Assembly (NCBI GenBank): GCA_041660545.1
Contig: JBAZWE010000005.1
Span: 1-54,562, forward strand
DNA: 54,562 nt
Source of the DNA: Thermoleophilia bacterium
GTDB taxonomy: Bacteria > Actinomycetota > Thermoleophilia > BMS3ABIN01
Direction: 5' to 3'
This document shows, in pieces, positions 17,158 to 26,423 of this stretch (within the stretch, counting starts at the first letter, position 1; the number at the start of each line of letters is the position of its first letter). The translations under genes and the position numbers were made by a program. Below the pieces are notes generated by a model. The model worked only from the letters and a program-made list of their open reading frames with translations, made no database searches and was not told the origin of the DNA.

Positions 17158-17323
17158 GAATCTCTCCCTGGATCGATGGATTCTTCTTTCCGGCAACCTG
17201 ACGCCGGCTCGCTAAAGTCTATCGGAATTCGTGGTCCCCTTAAAAGAGGCCAGTCGGAATATTCACTTTTGAACAAGAGGCGCGAGCGGCTACAATGGAA
17301 TTAGGCAAAAAGGAGTCAATTCC

Positions 17324-17647
17324 TTGGGTAATGAGTCAGCATACGAACTTTTAAGGCGCGGTGAGGCATTTCTGAGGAGCGCTCATCCGGCGCAGGCCGC
17401 CATCGTCCTCGAGCGTGCCCGCCGGCAGGAACCTGACCGGACATCGATCCGCGAGGCGCTCGGCCGCGCTTATTATAATTCGGGCCGATTCAGGCATGCC
17501 GCCACTGAATTTAAAATGGTCATCGATCTATATCCCACCAACGGTTACGCTCATTACTGCCTGGGAAAGTGTGGCGAGAAGCTGGGTGACGATTTGATGG
17601 CCAGACGTCATGCCCGTCTTGCGCACCTGATGGGTTACGAACACTGA
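17324..17647 (+). CDS. Small tetratricopeptide-repeat protein
   Basis: 107 aa with TPR-like A..Y...G....A...F......P....A pattern. TTG start 8 nt after AGGAG. Confidence 0.6.
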   Translation: MGNESAYELLRRGEAFLRSAHPAQAAIVLERARRQEPDRTSIREALGRAYYNSGRFRHAATEFKMVIDLYPTNGYAHYCLGKCGEKLGDDLMARRHARLAHLMGYEH

Positions 17648-17710
17648 TTTAAAAAGCGGAGATTCGGCCCCACGTGGAAAAACATTCAAGGCTCGCGATT
17701 CATACAAGAG

Positions 17711-18589
17711 TCATACTTGTATGACCTCGACTTCTACTTCTTCTTCCCTGACAGTCACCAGCAGGTAGTGATAATAACCACCCATTCCTTCAGGAATTAA
17801 TAGCGGCGCTCCGGCGCCGCCCGTCACATAAGCATCAATTCCATCAAGCCTGTAGGCAAGGTATGTATGGATATGGCCGAAGAAGATGTCCTTGACGTTG
17901 GCATATTTCACCGCTTCAGAAACCATCATCTGCCCCGATCTAAGTCCGGCATCCCCACCCTCACCGGTTACATGACCGGATGGCAGCGAAGTGCTACCGA
18001 CAGGGATATGCGCAAAGATAAACTGTTTCGGCCGCCCGGCATTGTCCGCGAGATCCTGGGTAAACCATTGCATCTGGGTATCCGGGATCCCGGTATTGTC
18101 ATCTGCATTGTCAACAATCACAAAGTGATCGCCGGCATAATCGAAACTGTAATACGGAGGTCCGATGATCTCCTCGTACGCCTCGCTCGTACCGCCTCTG
18201 CCAACGTCGTGGTTTCCCGGGACCGTGTAAAAACCGATTCCGGTGGAAGCAGTATAGTCATGGTATTTAGCAAGTTCTTCCCTGCTCCCGCTAGTCGTTA
18301 CATCTCCCGTATCGACGATGAAAGCCGCGCCGCGGGACTTCGCCGAATCGATAATGCGTCCCATGATTCCGCTGTCGATACCGACGATGCGATTGTCTCC
18401 ACAGACCGCAAAGGTGTAGGTAGAACCAATGCGGTCCGTTGTTGCACTTGGAGTTGTTCGGCTCTGAGTCGCTCCGGTCATGTCGGGAGCGATCTGTGAA
18501 TCACCACAGCTTAAGGACAACCCCGCAAGCAGAGATACGAATATTATTTGGAGCGCAAAAAATAGTCCCAATTTTCGCTCGTATCTCAA
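17711..18589 (-). CDS. Secreted (lipoprotein-type signal) calcineurin-like metallophosphoesterase
   Basis: Signal peptide with ..LSLSCGDS.. and motifs CGDNR, DTGDVT, GNHD, GHIH. The TTG start overlaps the upstream stop (TTGA). Confidence 0.8.
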   Translation of the reverse strand: MRYERKLGLFFALQIIFVSLLAGLSLSCGDSQIAPDMTGATQSRTTPSATTDRIGSTYTFAVCGDNRIVGIDSGIMGRIIDSAKSRGAAFIVDTGDVTTSGSREELAKYHDYTASTGIGFYTVPGNHDVGRGGTSEAYEEIIGPPYYSFDYAGDHFVIVDNADDNTGIPDTQMQWFTQDLADNAGRPKQFIFAHIPVGSTSLPSGHVTGEGGDAGLRSGQMMVSEAVKYANVKDIFFGHIHTYLAYRLDGIDAYVTGGAGAPLLIPEGMGGYYHYLLVTVREEEVEVEVIQV

Positions 18590-20676
18590 GGAGCCTCTTC
18601 AATATCAGGAGGTTCTGGCATGATGCCGGTCTCCCGGTATGTGACGGCGTCACTTAACATGCGATGCAACTGTATATGTGGGGAGTTATTCTGTGGATCG
18701 CGGTCAATGGCGTCAGTCATATGGCCGATCGCCTGCTCGACATCATGAAGGTCGTAAAATTCCAGTTGTGCCAGCTCTTCGTAAAGAGACGACCTTTCAG
18801 GCTCACGGTCGATGGCGGACTGCACGATGCTTCTGGCTTCGATATAATCACCTCTCCCGACTGCGGCATGGGCAAGCACAAGGAGGGGATCGATGGAATA
18901 CGGGTTGAGCTTGTGCGCTCTTCGGGCCGAGGTTTCCGCGTTTTCGAGTTCCCCGTACGACAGACTGCTCTGAGCGCGATCGCTCAGTATCCTGGATGCC
19001 AGAAAAGCCATAAAAGTCATAGTAAGCGCCATGGCGGTTGCGATAAACACCATCCGCAACCAGACGCGAATGGGATACAGTGCGGGTTGGTCATTACTGT
19101 TCGATTGGGAACCTGAGCCGGTTTCAGGATCCTGCCCGGATGAACTCCCGAGACGAAACAGCAGACCGCATAACACAAAAAATGGGACCGATACCGCGGG
19201 AAGCGCCCAATTCCATTCGAAGCTGCTGTCGGCGACCCATGCAAGGGCGGCGATCAGAAGAGAAATATACAGGCCGTTACTACGAAGCCAGGGCCGTGCC
19301 CGCAGTTGACTCAGTACGGCAAATCCCAATGAGGCCATTAGCGCAAGCAGAAGAATAAAGCCTACTATCCCCTGGTCGGTAAGAAAGCGTACCAATATCG
19401 AATGGGGATCACGAGCCAGCCCCTCGCCACCCTGCATCCTCATATTCACGAAACGATAGGTTCCACCGCCCGTACCGGCAAGCGGATGCTGACTGAAATT
19501 CGCCAGACCGATTCTCCAGAACTCCGTGCGGTTGTCGGACGTAGAAGCGAGGCGCTCGAAACCACGCGCGTCGACTGAAACCTCATCATACTGCCAGACC
19601 TGAACATCGGATTTCGATCTCCAGTAGATAAGTTTTTCGGTAATGGTATCCCGCTCGATTATTATCACGCTGGCGACACAGAGCACGGCAATCGCCCAGA
19701 ATGCCAGGATGAAGGCAAGACCGCCCCGGGTTTTCGGGACTCTGGAAGGCAGCAACAGCGTCGCGTATTTAATAGCCACACAGGCGAGCAGGGCTATGGC
19801 GAGCAGGATGGCGAACCTTCTGCCATCAGCCGCATCGATCGGAATCCCGTCTCCAGCTGCCTGCAGTGAAGGCATCGCTGTTGCCGAGTACCATGCGAGC
19901 AGGCCTGCCGGCAACGCGGATGAGAAGAGGGTAAGAATCGATGCAAGCCGACCTGGTGCAAGGGCAAGATATAAAACGATTGACGCCATACATATCGCGA
20001 TACCACCACGTGAGAGAGTGAAGAAAAGGGTCAGCCCCATGAGTGAGAGCGCGCAACTTGAGGCCACGCGCGCATAATGTGCAACTTGCACGGTCGACGC
20101 CAGCCACAGACAGGGAATGATCCCAATCACCATCAAAGCCGCCAGGCCGTTCCAGTAGCCTATGCTTCCCATCAGCCGTCCACCTGCGTAAACATAATCC
20201 TTGGAAATATCGGGGCTGATCCTGGCAAATATGGCAAACGCGGCAAGCGCCGTCGTTATGGATACAAAAAGAATGGTGGAATATCTGACACTACGGGCGC
20301 TGGCGGGTCCCATAAGAACTGCCACAAAACATGCAAGATATATCGATTCTCTTGTGAATTCCTGCAGGGACAGGTTTGGAGATATGGACCAGATAAACGA
20401 TAATCCCGTCCAGAGTACGATAGCTGCCAGAGACAATACCGCCGGACGTGCTGTTTTCGGCATCATCAGGTCATCCCACCCAACGAGTATCAACAGCCCG
20501 AGGATAGTCCACGAAGCTATGGCAGCCGGGTAGAAATTTATAGAGAAATATCCACCGTCCCTGGCAGCGAGATAGGCAAAAACGGCTAGAACCCCCGCCG
20601 TCCCCAGCCACGTGTAAACTGAAGCTGTCTTTTTGGGCTCAGTGGCCATTTCCTGTACTTGTGAAATTAATTGCAT
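18586..20676 (-). CDS. O-antigen ligase/polymerase-like (Wzy_C) polytopic membrane protein with C-terminal TPR domain
   Basis: About 12 TM helices, a Wzy_C-like segment (..LFFTLSRGGIA..), and a C-terminal soluble TPR-like region. Start is ambiguous (20676 or 20649). Confidence 0.75.
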   Translation of the reverse strand: MQLISQVQEMATEPKKTASVYTWLGTAGVLAVFAYLAARDGGYFSINFYPAAIASWTILGLLILVGWDDLMMPKTARPAVLSLAAIVLWTGLSFIWSISPNLSLQEFTRESIYLACFVAVLMGPASARSVRYSTILFVSITTALAAFAIFARISPDISKDYVYAGGRLMGSIGYWNGLAALMVIGIIPCLWLASTVQVAHYARVASSCALSLMGLTLFFTLSRGGIAICMASIVLYLALAPGRLASILTLFSSALPAGLLAWYSATAMPSLQAAGDGIPIDAADGRRFAILLAIALLACVAIKYATLLLPSRVPKTRGGLAFILAFWAIAVLCVASVIIIERDTITEKLIYWRSKSDVQVWQYDEVSVDARGFERLASTSDNRTEFWRIGLANFSQHPLAGTGGGTYRFVNMRMQGGEGLARDPHSILVRFLTDQGIVGFILLLALMASLGFAVLSQLRARPWLRSNGLYISLLIAALAWVADSSFEWNWALPAVSVPFFVLCGLLFRLGSSSGQDPETGSGSQSNSNDQPALYPIRVWLRMVFIATAMALTMTFMAFLASRILSDRAQSSLSYGELENAETSARRAHKLNPYSIDPLLVLAHAAVGRGDYIEARSIVQSAIDREPERSSLYEELAQLEFYDLHDVEQAIGHMTDAIDRDPQNNSPHIQLHRMLSDAVTYRETGIMPEPPDIEEAP

Positions 20677-20762
20677 GATTTATTTATTTCTGTTATCCTT
20701 GATTCTCAGTATTTTGTCTATGAATCATAACCTTAATTTAAAAAGAAAAGGAGGTGAAATAT

Positions 20763-20930
20763 ATGAGGAAATTAGCAATACTCGCCAGCGTTTGGCTGGT
20801 ATGCACAGCTTCGCTCGCTTTTGGCGCGGTGGCTTTCGGTGACGACCATCACGATGGAGATCACGATGGGGATCATCACAATACTCACTGCGAATACAAG
20901 CGCGGCCATCTGGTGTGCGACAACGACTAA
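20763..20930 (+). CDS. 55-aa secreted His/Asp-rich, two-Cys peptide (not in the ORF track because it is under 60 aa)
   Basis: ATG 20763 lies 5 nt after a near-perfect SD AAGGAGGTGA. Translation: MRKLAILASVWLVCTASLAFGAVAFGDDHHDGDHDGDHHNTHCEYKRGHLVCDND. It has a classical signal peptide followed by DHHDG/DHDG/DHH repeats and C..x9..C. Confidence 0.55.
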   Translation: MRKLAILASVWLVCTASLAFGAVAFGDDHHDGDHDGDHHNTHCEYKRGHLVCDND

Positions 20931-21264
20931 GTGGTTAAGAAATCATTGGCAGGGGAGAACCCCGGAACGCCATCATATTTTACTTCGCGTTGAGAGTTCG
21001 AGTTGTTACAGAGTTACGAGTGCGGATAGTCGGGTTGAAGAGTTGCAGCAGTAGACGGGTTTGTAAAGCTGGCTGATTTGCATGAATTGGCTGGTGAAAA
21101 GTGCTGCATTCTTCTCTGGCTTGCCGGACGATAGCTTCTTAAATTTTTTTGACTTAGCGCGATTAGTTCCACAAATATTTTCGGCGTTTTGAAGACTCCC
21201 TTGCCAGTGCCTTCAACTCCGTTCTACATGCACCCTCCGCCCGCAATTATCGCTAAGACCCAGT

Positions 21265-22242
21265 TCATGTTTTGTAACCATCCGGATTTGCGTGATGCCA
21301 ATCCCAGGCACTGCTTATGATGTCATCAAGCGCCGGATGCATAGGCTTCCATCCGAGCTCCTTTGAAATCCTCTCCGAACTCGCCACAAGAATTACGGGG
21401 TCTCCTTTTCGCTTGCCGGATTCCCTGATTTCAAAATCGGCTCCTGTTACTCTCCTCGCGGTTTCCATTACTTCCCGTACCGAGTACCCCTTGCCGTTTC
21501 CCAGGTTATAGTGCAGGCTCTCACTCCCAAGCGCATCCAGTGCCATTATATGCGCCTGGGCCAAATCCTTTATGTGTATATAGTCCCGGATGCAGGTGCC
21601 ATCCTGTGTGGCGTAGTCGGTTCCATATATTTCAACGAAATCTTTTTTCCCCAGAGCCGCCTTCAGCACCAGTGGGATCAGATGGGTCTCGGGTTCGTGG
21701 TCCTCTCCCCTCTCAGCTGAAGCTCCGGCGGCGTTGAAATACCTGAGAGCTGCATGCTTTATTCCGTGTATCCGGTCATACCAGTCAAGCAGCCGCTCGA
21801 ACAGAAGTTTTGACTCGCCATAAGCGTTCGTCGGATGTTGGGGGTGATCTTCATCGATAACAGCAGTCACCGGGTCGCCGTAAACTGCGGCAGTGGATGA
21901 GAAAAGAATCCTGTTCACATCAGCTTCGAGCATCGCTTCAAGCAGCTCTATGGGACGGCAGGTGTTGTTGATGAAATATTTGCCGGGGTCCAGCATGGAT
22001 TCACCTGCCTCGATAAAGCCTGCCATGTGGATGACGGCCTCTGCGCCGCTCTTTTTCAATGCGCTTGTCATCAGCCCGCGGTCACCCACATCTCCGATTA
22101 CGAAATTAGCATCAGGAGGCACGGACTCGCGGTGTCCGGTTGACAGGTTGTCATATACGGTAACTTCATCGCCGCGGGTCAGACACACCTCGGTGACTAT
22201 GCTGCCTATATATCCCGCTCCGCCTGTAATTAGAATCTTCAT
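21265..22242 (-). CDS. galE: UDP-glucose 4-epimerase
   Basis: N-terminal GGAGYIGS Rossmann motif and a YGESK (YxxxK) catalytic motif, 325 aa. Confidence 0.9.
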   Translation of the reverse strand: MKILITGGAGYIGSIVTEVCLTRGDEVTVYDNLSTGHRESVPPDANFVIGDVGDRGLMTSALKKSGAEAVIHMAGFIEAGESMLDPGKYFINNTCRPIELLEAMLEADVNRILFSSTAAVYGDPVTAVIDEDHPQHPTNAYGESKLLFERLLDWYDRIHGIKHAALRYFNAAGASAERGEDHEPETHLIPLVLKAALGKKDFVEIYGTDYATQDGTCIRDYIHIKDLAQAHIMALDALGSESLHYNLGNGKGYSVREVMETARRVTGADFEIRESGKRKGDPVILVASSERISKELGWKPMHPALDDIISSAWDWHHANPDGYKT

Positions 22243-22327
22243 GTCAGTTTTGGATGATATAGGAGTAAATCACAGGTTGCCAACAGTGCCACGGCTCGGA
22301 GCAGGCGCATGAATGTCCCTCGTCATT

Positions 22328-22336
22328 TGTTATACT
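22328..22336 (+). promoter_or_regulatory. Extended -10 element (TGtTATACT) positioned for a leaderless ymdB-like transcript
   Basis: TG 22328-22329 and TATACT 22331-22336. The A of ATG 22343 lies 7 nt downstream of the hexamer. There is no SD between them. Confidence 0.3.
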
Positions 22337-22342
22337 CGCCAA

Positions 22343-23131
22343 ATGAAGATTCTCTTTATAAGTGACATATTCGGAAAACCGGGACGCGAGGGGTTTCTAA
22401 AAAGACTTCCCGCTCTTAAGGAAGAACATTCGCCCGATTTTGTTATCGCAAACGGGGAGAATGTTGCCAGCGGTGCCGGCATAACTTCCAAGATCGCCGA
22501 AAAGTTACTGGCGGGTGGTGTCGACGTGATAACGACAGGAAACCACATCTGGCGTCAGAAAGAGATAATTCCTTTTCTCTCCCAGTCTGACAGGATCATC
22601 CGTCCCGCGAATTATCTGCCTGAAAATCCCGGCCGCGGTTGGACTGTCGTTTCACGTAACGGGATTCAGCTCGCAGTCGTCAACCTTTCCGGTAATCTTT
22701 ACATAGGCGCTCCACTCGGAGCCTTTCAGACGATCGATCCTGTCCTCGATGAGATTCCAAAGGGCATCAATAATATCCTGGTTGATTTCCACGCGGAGGC
22801 CACCAGTGAAAAGGTGGCAATGGGGCATTATCTCGACGGCAGGGTTACGGCCGTGATCGGCACTCATACCCACGTTCAGACCGCGGACGATCGTGTCCTG
22901 GGTCGCGGCACCGCATATATAACCGACGCCGGCATGACCGGACCTCGCAATTCCGTCATCGGGGTGGACAAGAACATAATAATAAAACGTTTTCTCACAC
23001 AGATGCCCGTCAAATTCGAGGTGGCCGACCAGGATGTCTGGATAGAAGGTGTACTTGTCGAAGCAGACGATAATGGCAGGGCAACCGCGATCCGCAGGCT
23101 CCAGGTCGAAGCGGATCCCGGCGACGCCTAA
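22343..23131 (+). CDS. ymdB: YmdB-family (TIGR00282-like) metallophosphoesterase / 2',3'-cyclic-nucleotide phosphodiesterase
   Basis: Family N-terminus MKILFISDIFGKPGR...DFVIANGENVASGAGI...VDVITTGNHIW. The ATG 22313 of the ORF track adds 10 non-conserved residues. Confidence 0.85.
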   Translation: MKILFISDIFGKPGREGFLKRLPALKEEHSPDFVIANGENVASGAGITSKIAEKLLAGGVDVITTGNHIWRQKEIIPFLSQSDRIIRPANYLPENPGRGWTVVSRNGIQLAVVNLSGNLYIGAPLGAFQTIDPVLDEIPKGINNILVDFHAEATSEKVAMGHYLDGRVTAVIGTHTHVQTADDRVLGRGTAYITDAGMTGPRNSVIGVDKNIIIKRFLTQMPVKFEVADQDVWIEGVLVEADDNGRATAIRRLQVEADPGDA

Positions 23132-24483
23132 TTATTATCAAACGGCAGGAACTTTTTACCTGAACCCAGAAATCTGATATCGCTACCCGGACGGGTGACG
23201 AAAGAAGGAGCGCGGTGGTGACTTCCAAGCGCCGCGACGAGCATGCCAAGCAGTACTATCAGCAGCAGGTTCCTGACAGCAACGGTCACAACCATATATG
23301 GCTGTAATGTATAAAGCTGCCAGTAACTATACGGAAACTCAAACTGGGTGATCAACAGGACTGATTCAAAGATGCCGGCTATCACGATACGGTCGGCGCC
23401 TACCACCAGTGGCACCAGCGGAATCAGCCAGATGAGAAACTGCGGCGACAGCACCTTCCCCCCCACGATGAAGGTGGTGATCGCGATTACGGAGAACCGT
23501 ATTATCATATTTCCTGAAATGTGCGGCAGGCCGTTTCCCTCCTTGCCGCTTCTCCTCCAGAAGATCCAGTATCCGGCCAGCAAAACAACGGCCGTCAGCG
23601 GGCCCGAAATCATGACCAGAGTATCCGATGCCGTGGAATACACATTGTGAGAACCATAGGAATTCATGATGTAGGCCGGATATCCCGTCAGCTTCGAGTA
23701 AAGCAGGATCGGCGAAGACCAGGAGCTCTCGATCTGCAGAGGTCTTTCAACATGGTAGAGGAATGCGTTTGCCAATCCGGCAGGAGATGTCAAAAGAAAA
23801 GGTATGGAGACGATCAGGGCCGCCATGATCATGGCCAGCGGACCCATCCATACTTCGCTTAACTGTCGCCGGCGATAATGCGCTATAAGAAAAATCGGGG
23901 CGATCAGAACAGGCACCACCTTGGTCATAAGGCCAATGCCCAGCAGTAGCCATGCGGCCAGATACCTGTCTGTGATAAAACAGGCCACGCTGGCCAGTAT
24001 CAGGAAAGCTGCCGCCAGGTCGAACCGCTCCTGAACGATTGAACCCAGGCTCAGAAGGAACAGCGTGTATATTGCCAGGGTTCCCGCGACTTTCCAGACA
24101 TTTTGCCATTGCCTCCAGGAAATCCATGACAAAAGCAAAACAATCCCACAGCTGAAAAGCAGCATCTCTGCCTGAAACCAGGCGACGAATTGGCTCTCAC
24201 CCGCGCCCGAAAGCAGACGCGGCAACGAGAACAGGGCCATGGCCACCGGTGGATACTCGGATGAAAAATCACGATATGGCAAGAATCCCTGCGCGATGCG
24301 GCTCGCATAGCTGTAATAGACAGGAATGTCCGTTATCGTCCTGTCCGAGTACCAGAGGGTTCTAAAAAGAACGCCCCATATAAATACTTGCACCAGAATG
24401 AAGAGAAGTGTTATCAGCAGCAGTAATCGCTTGTCTGACTGTTTGCGTAAGTTGTCTCGTATCAGGTCAAGCTGTCTGGACAA
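23128..24483 (-). CDS. GT87/DUF2029-type polytopic membrane glycosyltransferase
   Basis: About 12 TM helices with the N-proximal loop motif ..PYRDFSSEYPP.. typical of DUF2029 / polyprenyl-phosphate-sugar-dependent GT-C enzymes. TTG start overlaps the upstream gene by 17 nt. Confidence 0.7.
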   Translation of the reverse strand: MSRQLDLIRDNLRKQSDKRLLLLITLLFILVQVFIWGVLFRTLWYSDRTITDIPVYYSYASRIAQGFLPYRDFSSEYPPVAMALFSLPRLLSGAGESQFVAWFQAEMLLFSCGIVLLLSWISWRQWQNVWKVAGTLAIYTLFLLSLGSIVQERFDLAAAFLILASVACFITDRYLAAWLLLGIGLMTKVVPVLIAPIFLIAHYRRRQLSEVWMGPLAMIMAALIVSIPFLLTSPAGLANAFLYHVERPLQIESSWSSPILLYSKLTGYPAYIMNSYGSHNVYSTASDTLVMISGPLTAVVLLAGYWIFWRRSGKEGNGLPHISGNMIIRFSVIAITTFIVGGKVLSPQFLIWLIPLVPLVVGADRIVIAGIFESVLLITQFEFPYSYWQLYTLQPYMVVTVAVRNLLLIVLLGMLVAALGSHHRAPSFVTRPGSDIRFLGSGKKFLPFDNN

Positions 24484-26419
24484 AGCAACTCCCCATTATC
24501 GCGCTATTCTTCGGGTTCGAACCGCAACGGGCCGTGAGAAACGCTATCAGGGCCAGAGGGAAGAACCACGGTATATACAGGTAGAACCAGTGGGTCTGGA
24601 CGATCTGAAACCCCAGGATCAGAGACGCTGATATCGCCGCGACCTGCACCATGTTTTTTCGAAACGGCCAGAAGTATGATCCCAAGGATAAAGCTACCAG
24701 CAGATACTGGCCTATGCGCTGCGCACCCGCAAGCCGCTCGGGATATTGCCCCCATATGCTGAATGGAGAATCACGCCCGATCTGCCACCTGATCGTTCTC
24801 TCCCAGAACAGGCCGAAAGTCCCGTCGCCCATGAAAATCACCAGCAGAGTAGATGCTATCGCCAGCAAGAAACCCGATACGAAAAGTGTACGCCTCCACC
24901 AGCCACGCATCGCCCTCGGGAATGAGGCCCATGCGGGACCCAGCATGGCAGGAAAGAATTTGATCTGCGCGGCAAAACCGAGCAACACGCCCGCTAAAGG
25001 CGCTGATTGCAGAAAAACAAATCCCCAGATAATGAACGCGGCGACAATGGCGTCATTGACATTGCAGTTTAGCACATAAGTGGTATATGGATAGGCTGCC
25101 CATCCATAGGCAAGAGCAAGGCCGAGCTTGTTGGCAAACGGGCGTCCACGGGCCAGGCACCTGCCGGCTGTATACATGCCGGCGACGGCAAGCATATCGA
25201 AAAAGATAGCGGCGGCATGAGCTGCGGGCAGATCGTCCCATTCACCCGACCAGGGAAGAACCTTTTCGAATGGTACGTACACAAGGTAATTCATGGGACC
25301 GTACGTATCACCGTTACCATCATCGGCAGGCATGTTCCCGTAAGGGGTAGTGCCTTCGAGTATCCGGTGAGCGCCGATGACGCCCGAGTAGCCGACATCG
25401 ACTACATTAGAGTCTGCGATATTGAGCACTATCCGAAAGAGGAGCAAAGACGCCAGCCCGATCAACAGGATGGTTGAATTGAAGTTGATGTGGGGTTCAC
25501 GCGTGACACCAGTTTCGATAGTGTCGCTATTTTCGCCAAGAGATCCGGACGCCGGAGTCCCACGGCCTGAAGAACGGCGCCAGCCAATCCATCCGAGACG
25601 TAAAAAGAGATAGACCAGTGGCGGATAAGCCAGCGGGACGGATTTGAATATCTCGCCCTGATTGAAAAAATAATGCGATACGGTGAAGGCGAGCAGCATG
25701 ACAAGATCGAGGTGAAATATTCGCAATGGCCTGCGTATATCCACGAAGGGGACCAGGAAAAGTAGGCATAGGGGCATCCAGATATATGGTTCGTTAACTA
25801 TTCGTCCGAACGCGCCTTTGTAACCGCGGGCCATCTGCCATGCTACCTGGGGGCCGACTCTCACTTCGTTTACGGAGCCCGACGCGTCATCGACAAGAAC
25901 CTCTGCTACTTCGTCGGACGCGGAAAATATTTTTACTGTCCAGACCGAATCGGTTCCCAGACTGGCGCTTCTGGTGATCTCCTCCCGATCTTTGGTTTCA
26001 CTCTCCACCTCAGGCTGGCTGCTGGCCACATCGATGGCATCATTTTCAGTTGTCGCCGGCAGAACCTCGAACCATGCCTCTCCATTGATGTCGCTGGAGA
26101 TGATATTTCCGTTCAGGTCGTCGATGACGACCGAGATCAGCTTGCGATCGTTATAAGGGTTGGCCCAGGAGATGTTCCAGCGTCTCAGAGTATGGTCATA
26201 ATTTGCGTGGCGCTCGAGCTCGGGATGCTTTTCCAGGGCCATCGAGACGTTCTGATCGGCCATGGCCAGATGCTTGGCTTCCTGTTCGCTTAAGTTAGAT
26301 TCAAGCTGCGCTACAGCCGGCGAGACACCATGATTAAGTGAAAACAGCAACGCAAGGATAAAAAGGGAAATGAAGAGGCAGGATTTCCTGACCGGGGATA
26401 CCGGCGGAATCAATTGCAA
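24467..26419 (-). CDS. Large GT-C/DUF2029-like membrane protein with an N-terminal extracytoplasmic domain (two PepSY-like repeats)
   Basis: Signal/anchor helix, about 170-aa soluble region containing ..ISVVIDDLNGNIIS.. and ..EVLVDDASGSVNEV.., then about 11 TM helices with a ..TYGPMNYLVYVPFE.. loop. Confidence 0.6.
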   Translation of the reverse strand: MQLIPPVSPVRKSCLFISLFILALLFSLNHGVSPAVAQLESNLSEQEAKHLAMADQNVSMALEKHPELERHANYDHTLRRWNISWANPYNDRKLISVVIDDLNGNIISSDINGEAWFEVLPATTENDAIDVASSQPEVESETKDREEITRSASLGTDSVWTVKIFSASDEVAEVLVDDASGSVNEVRVGPQVAWQMARGYKGAFGRIVNEPYIWMPLCLLFLVPFVDIRRPLRIFHLDLVMLLAFTVSHYFFNQGEIFKSVPLAYPPLVYLFLRLGWIGWRRSSGRGTPASGSLGENSDTIETGVTREPHINFNSTILLIGLASLLLFRIVLNIADSNVVDVGYSGVIGAHRILEGTTPYGNMPADDGNGDTYGPMNYLVYVPFEKVLPWSGEWDDLPAAHAAAIFFDMLAVAGMYTAGRCLARGRPFANKLGLALAYGWAAYPYTTYVLNCNVNDAIVAAFIIWGFVFLQSAPLAGVLLGFAAQIKFFPAMLGPAWASFPRAMRGWWRRTLFVSGFLLAIASTLLVIFMGDGTFGLFWERTIRWQIGRDSPFSIWGQYPERLAGAQRIGQYLLVALSLGSYFWPFRKNMVQVAAISASLILGFQIVQTHWFYLYIPWFFPLALIAFLTARCGSNPKNSAIMGSCFVQTA

Positions 26420-26423
26420 CCGC

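Noticed and set aside
20985-21060. Quasi-periodic GAGTT/GTT-rich stretch (..GTTGAGAGTTCGAGTTGTTACAGAGTTACGAGTG..GAAGAGTTGCAG..) downstream of the small peptide gene.
   Set aside because: The units are irregular in length and sequence, with no exact repeats of 9 nt or more. It could be a degenerate binding array or chance, so support is insufficient for a feature call.
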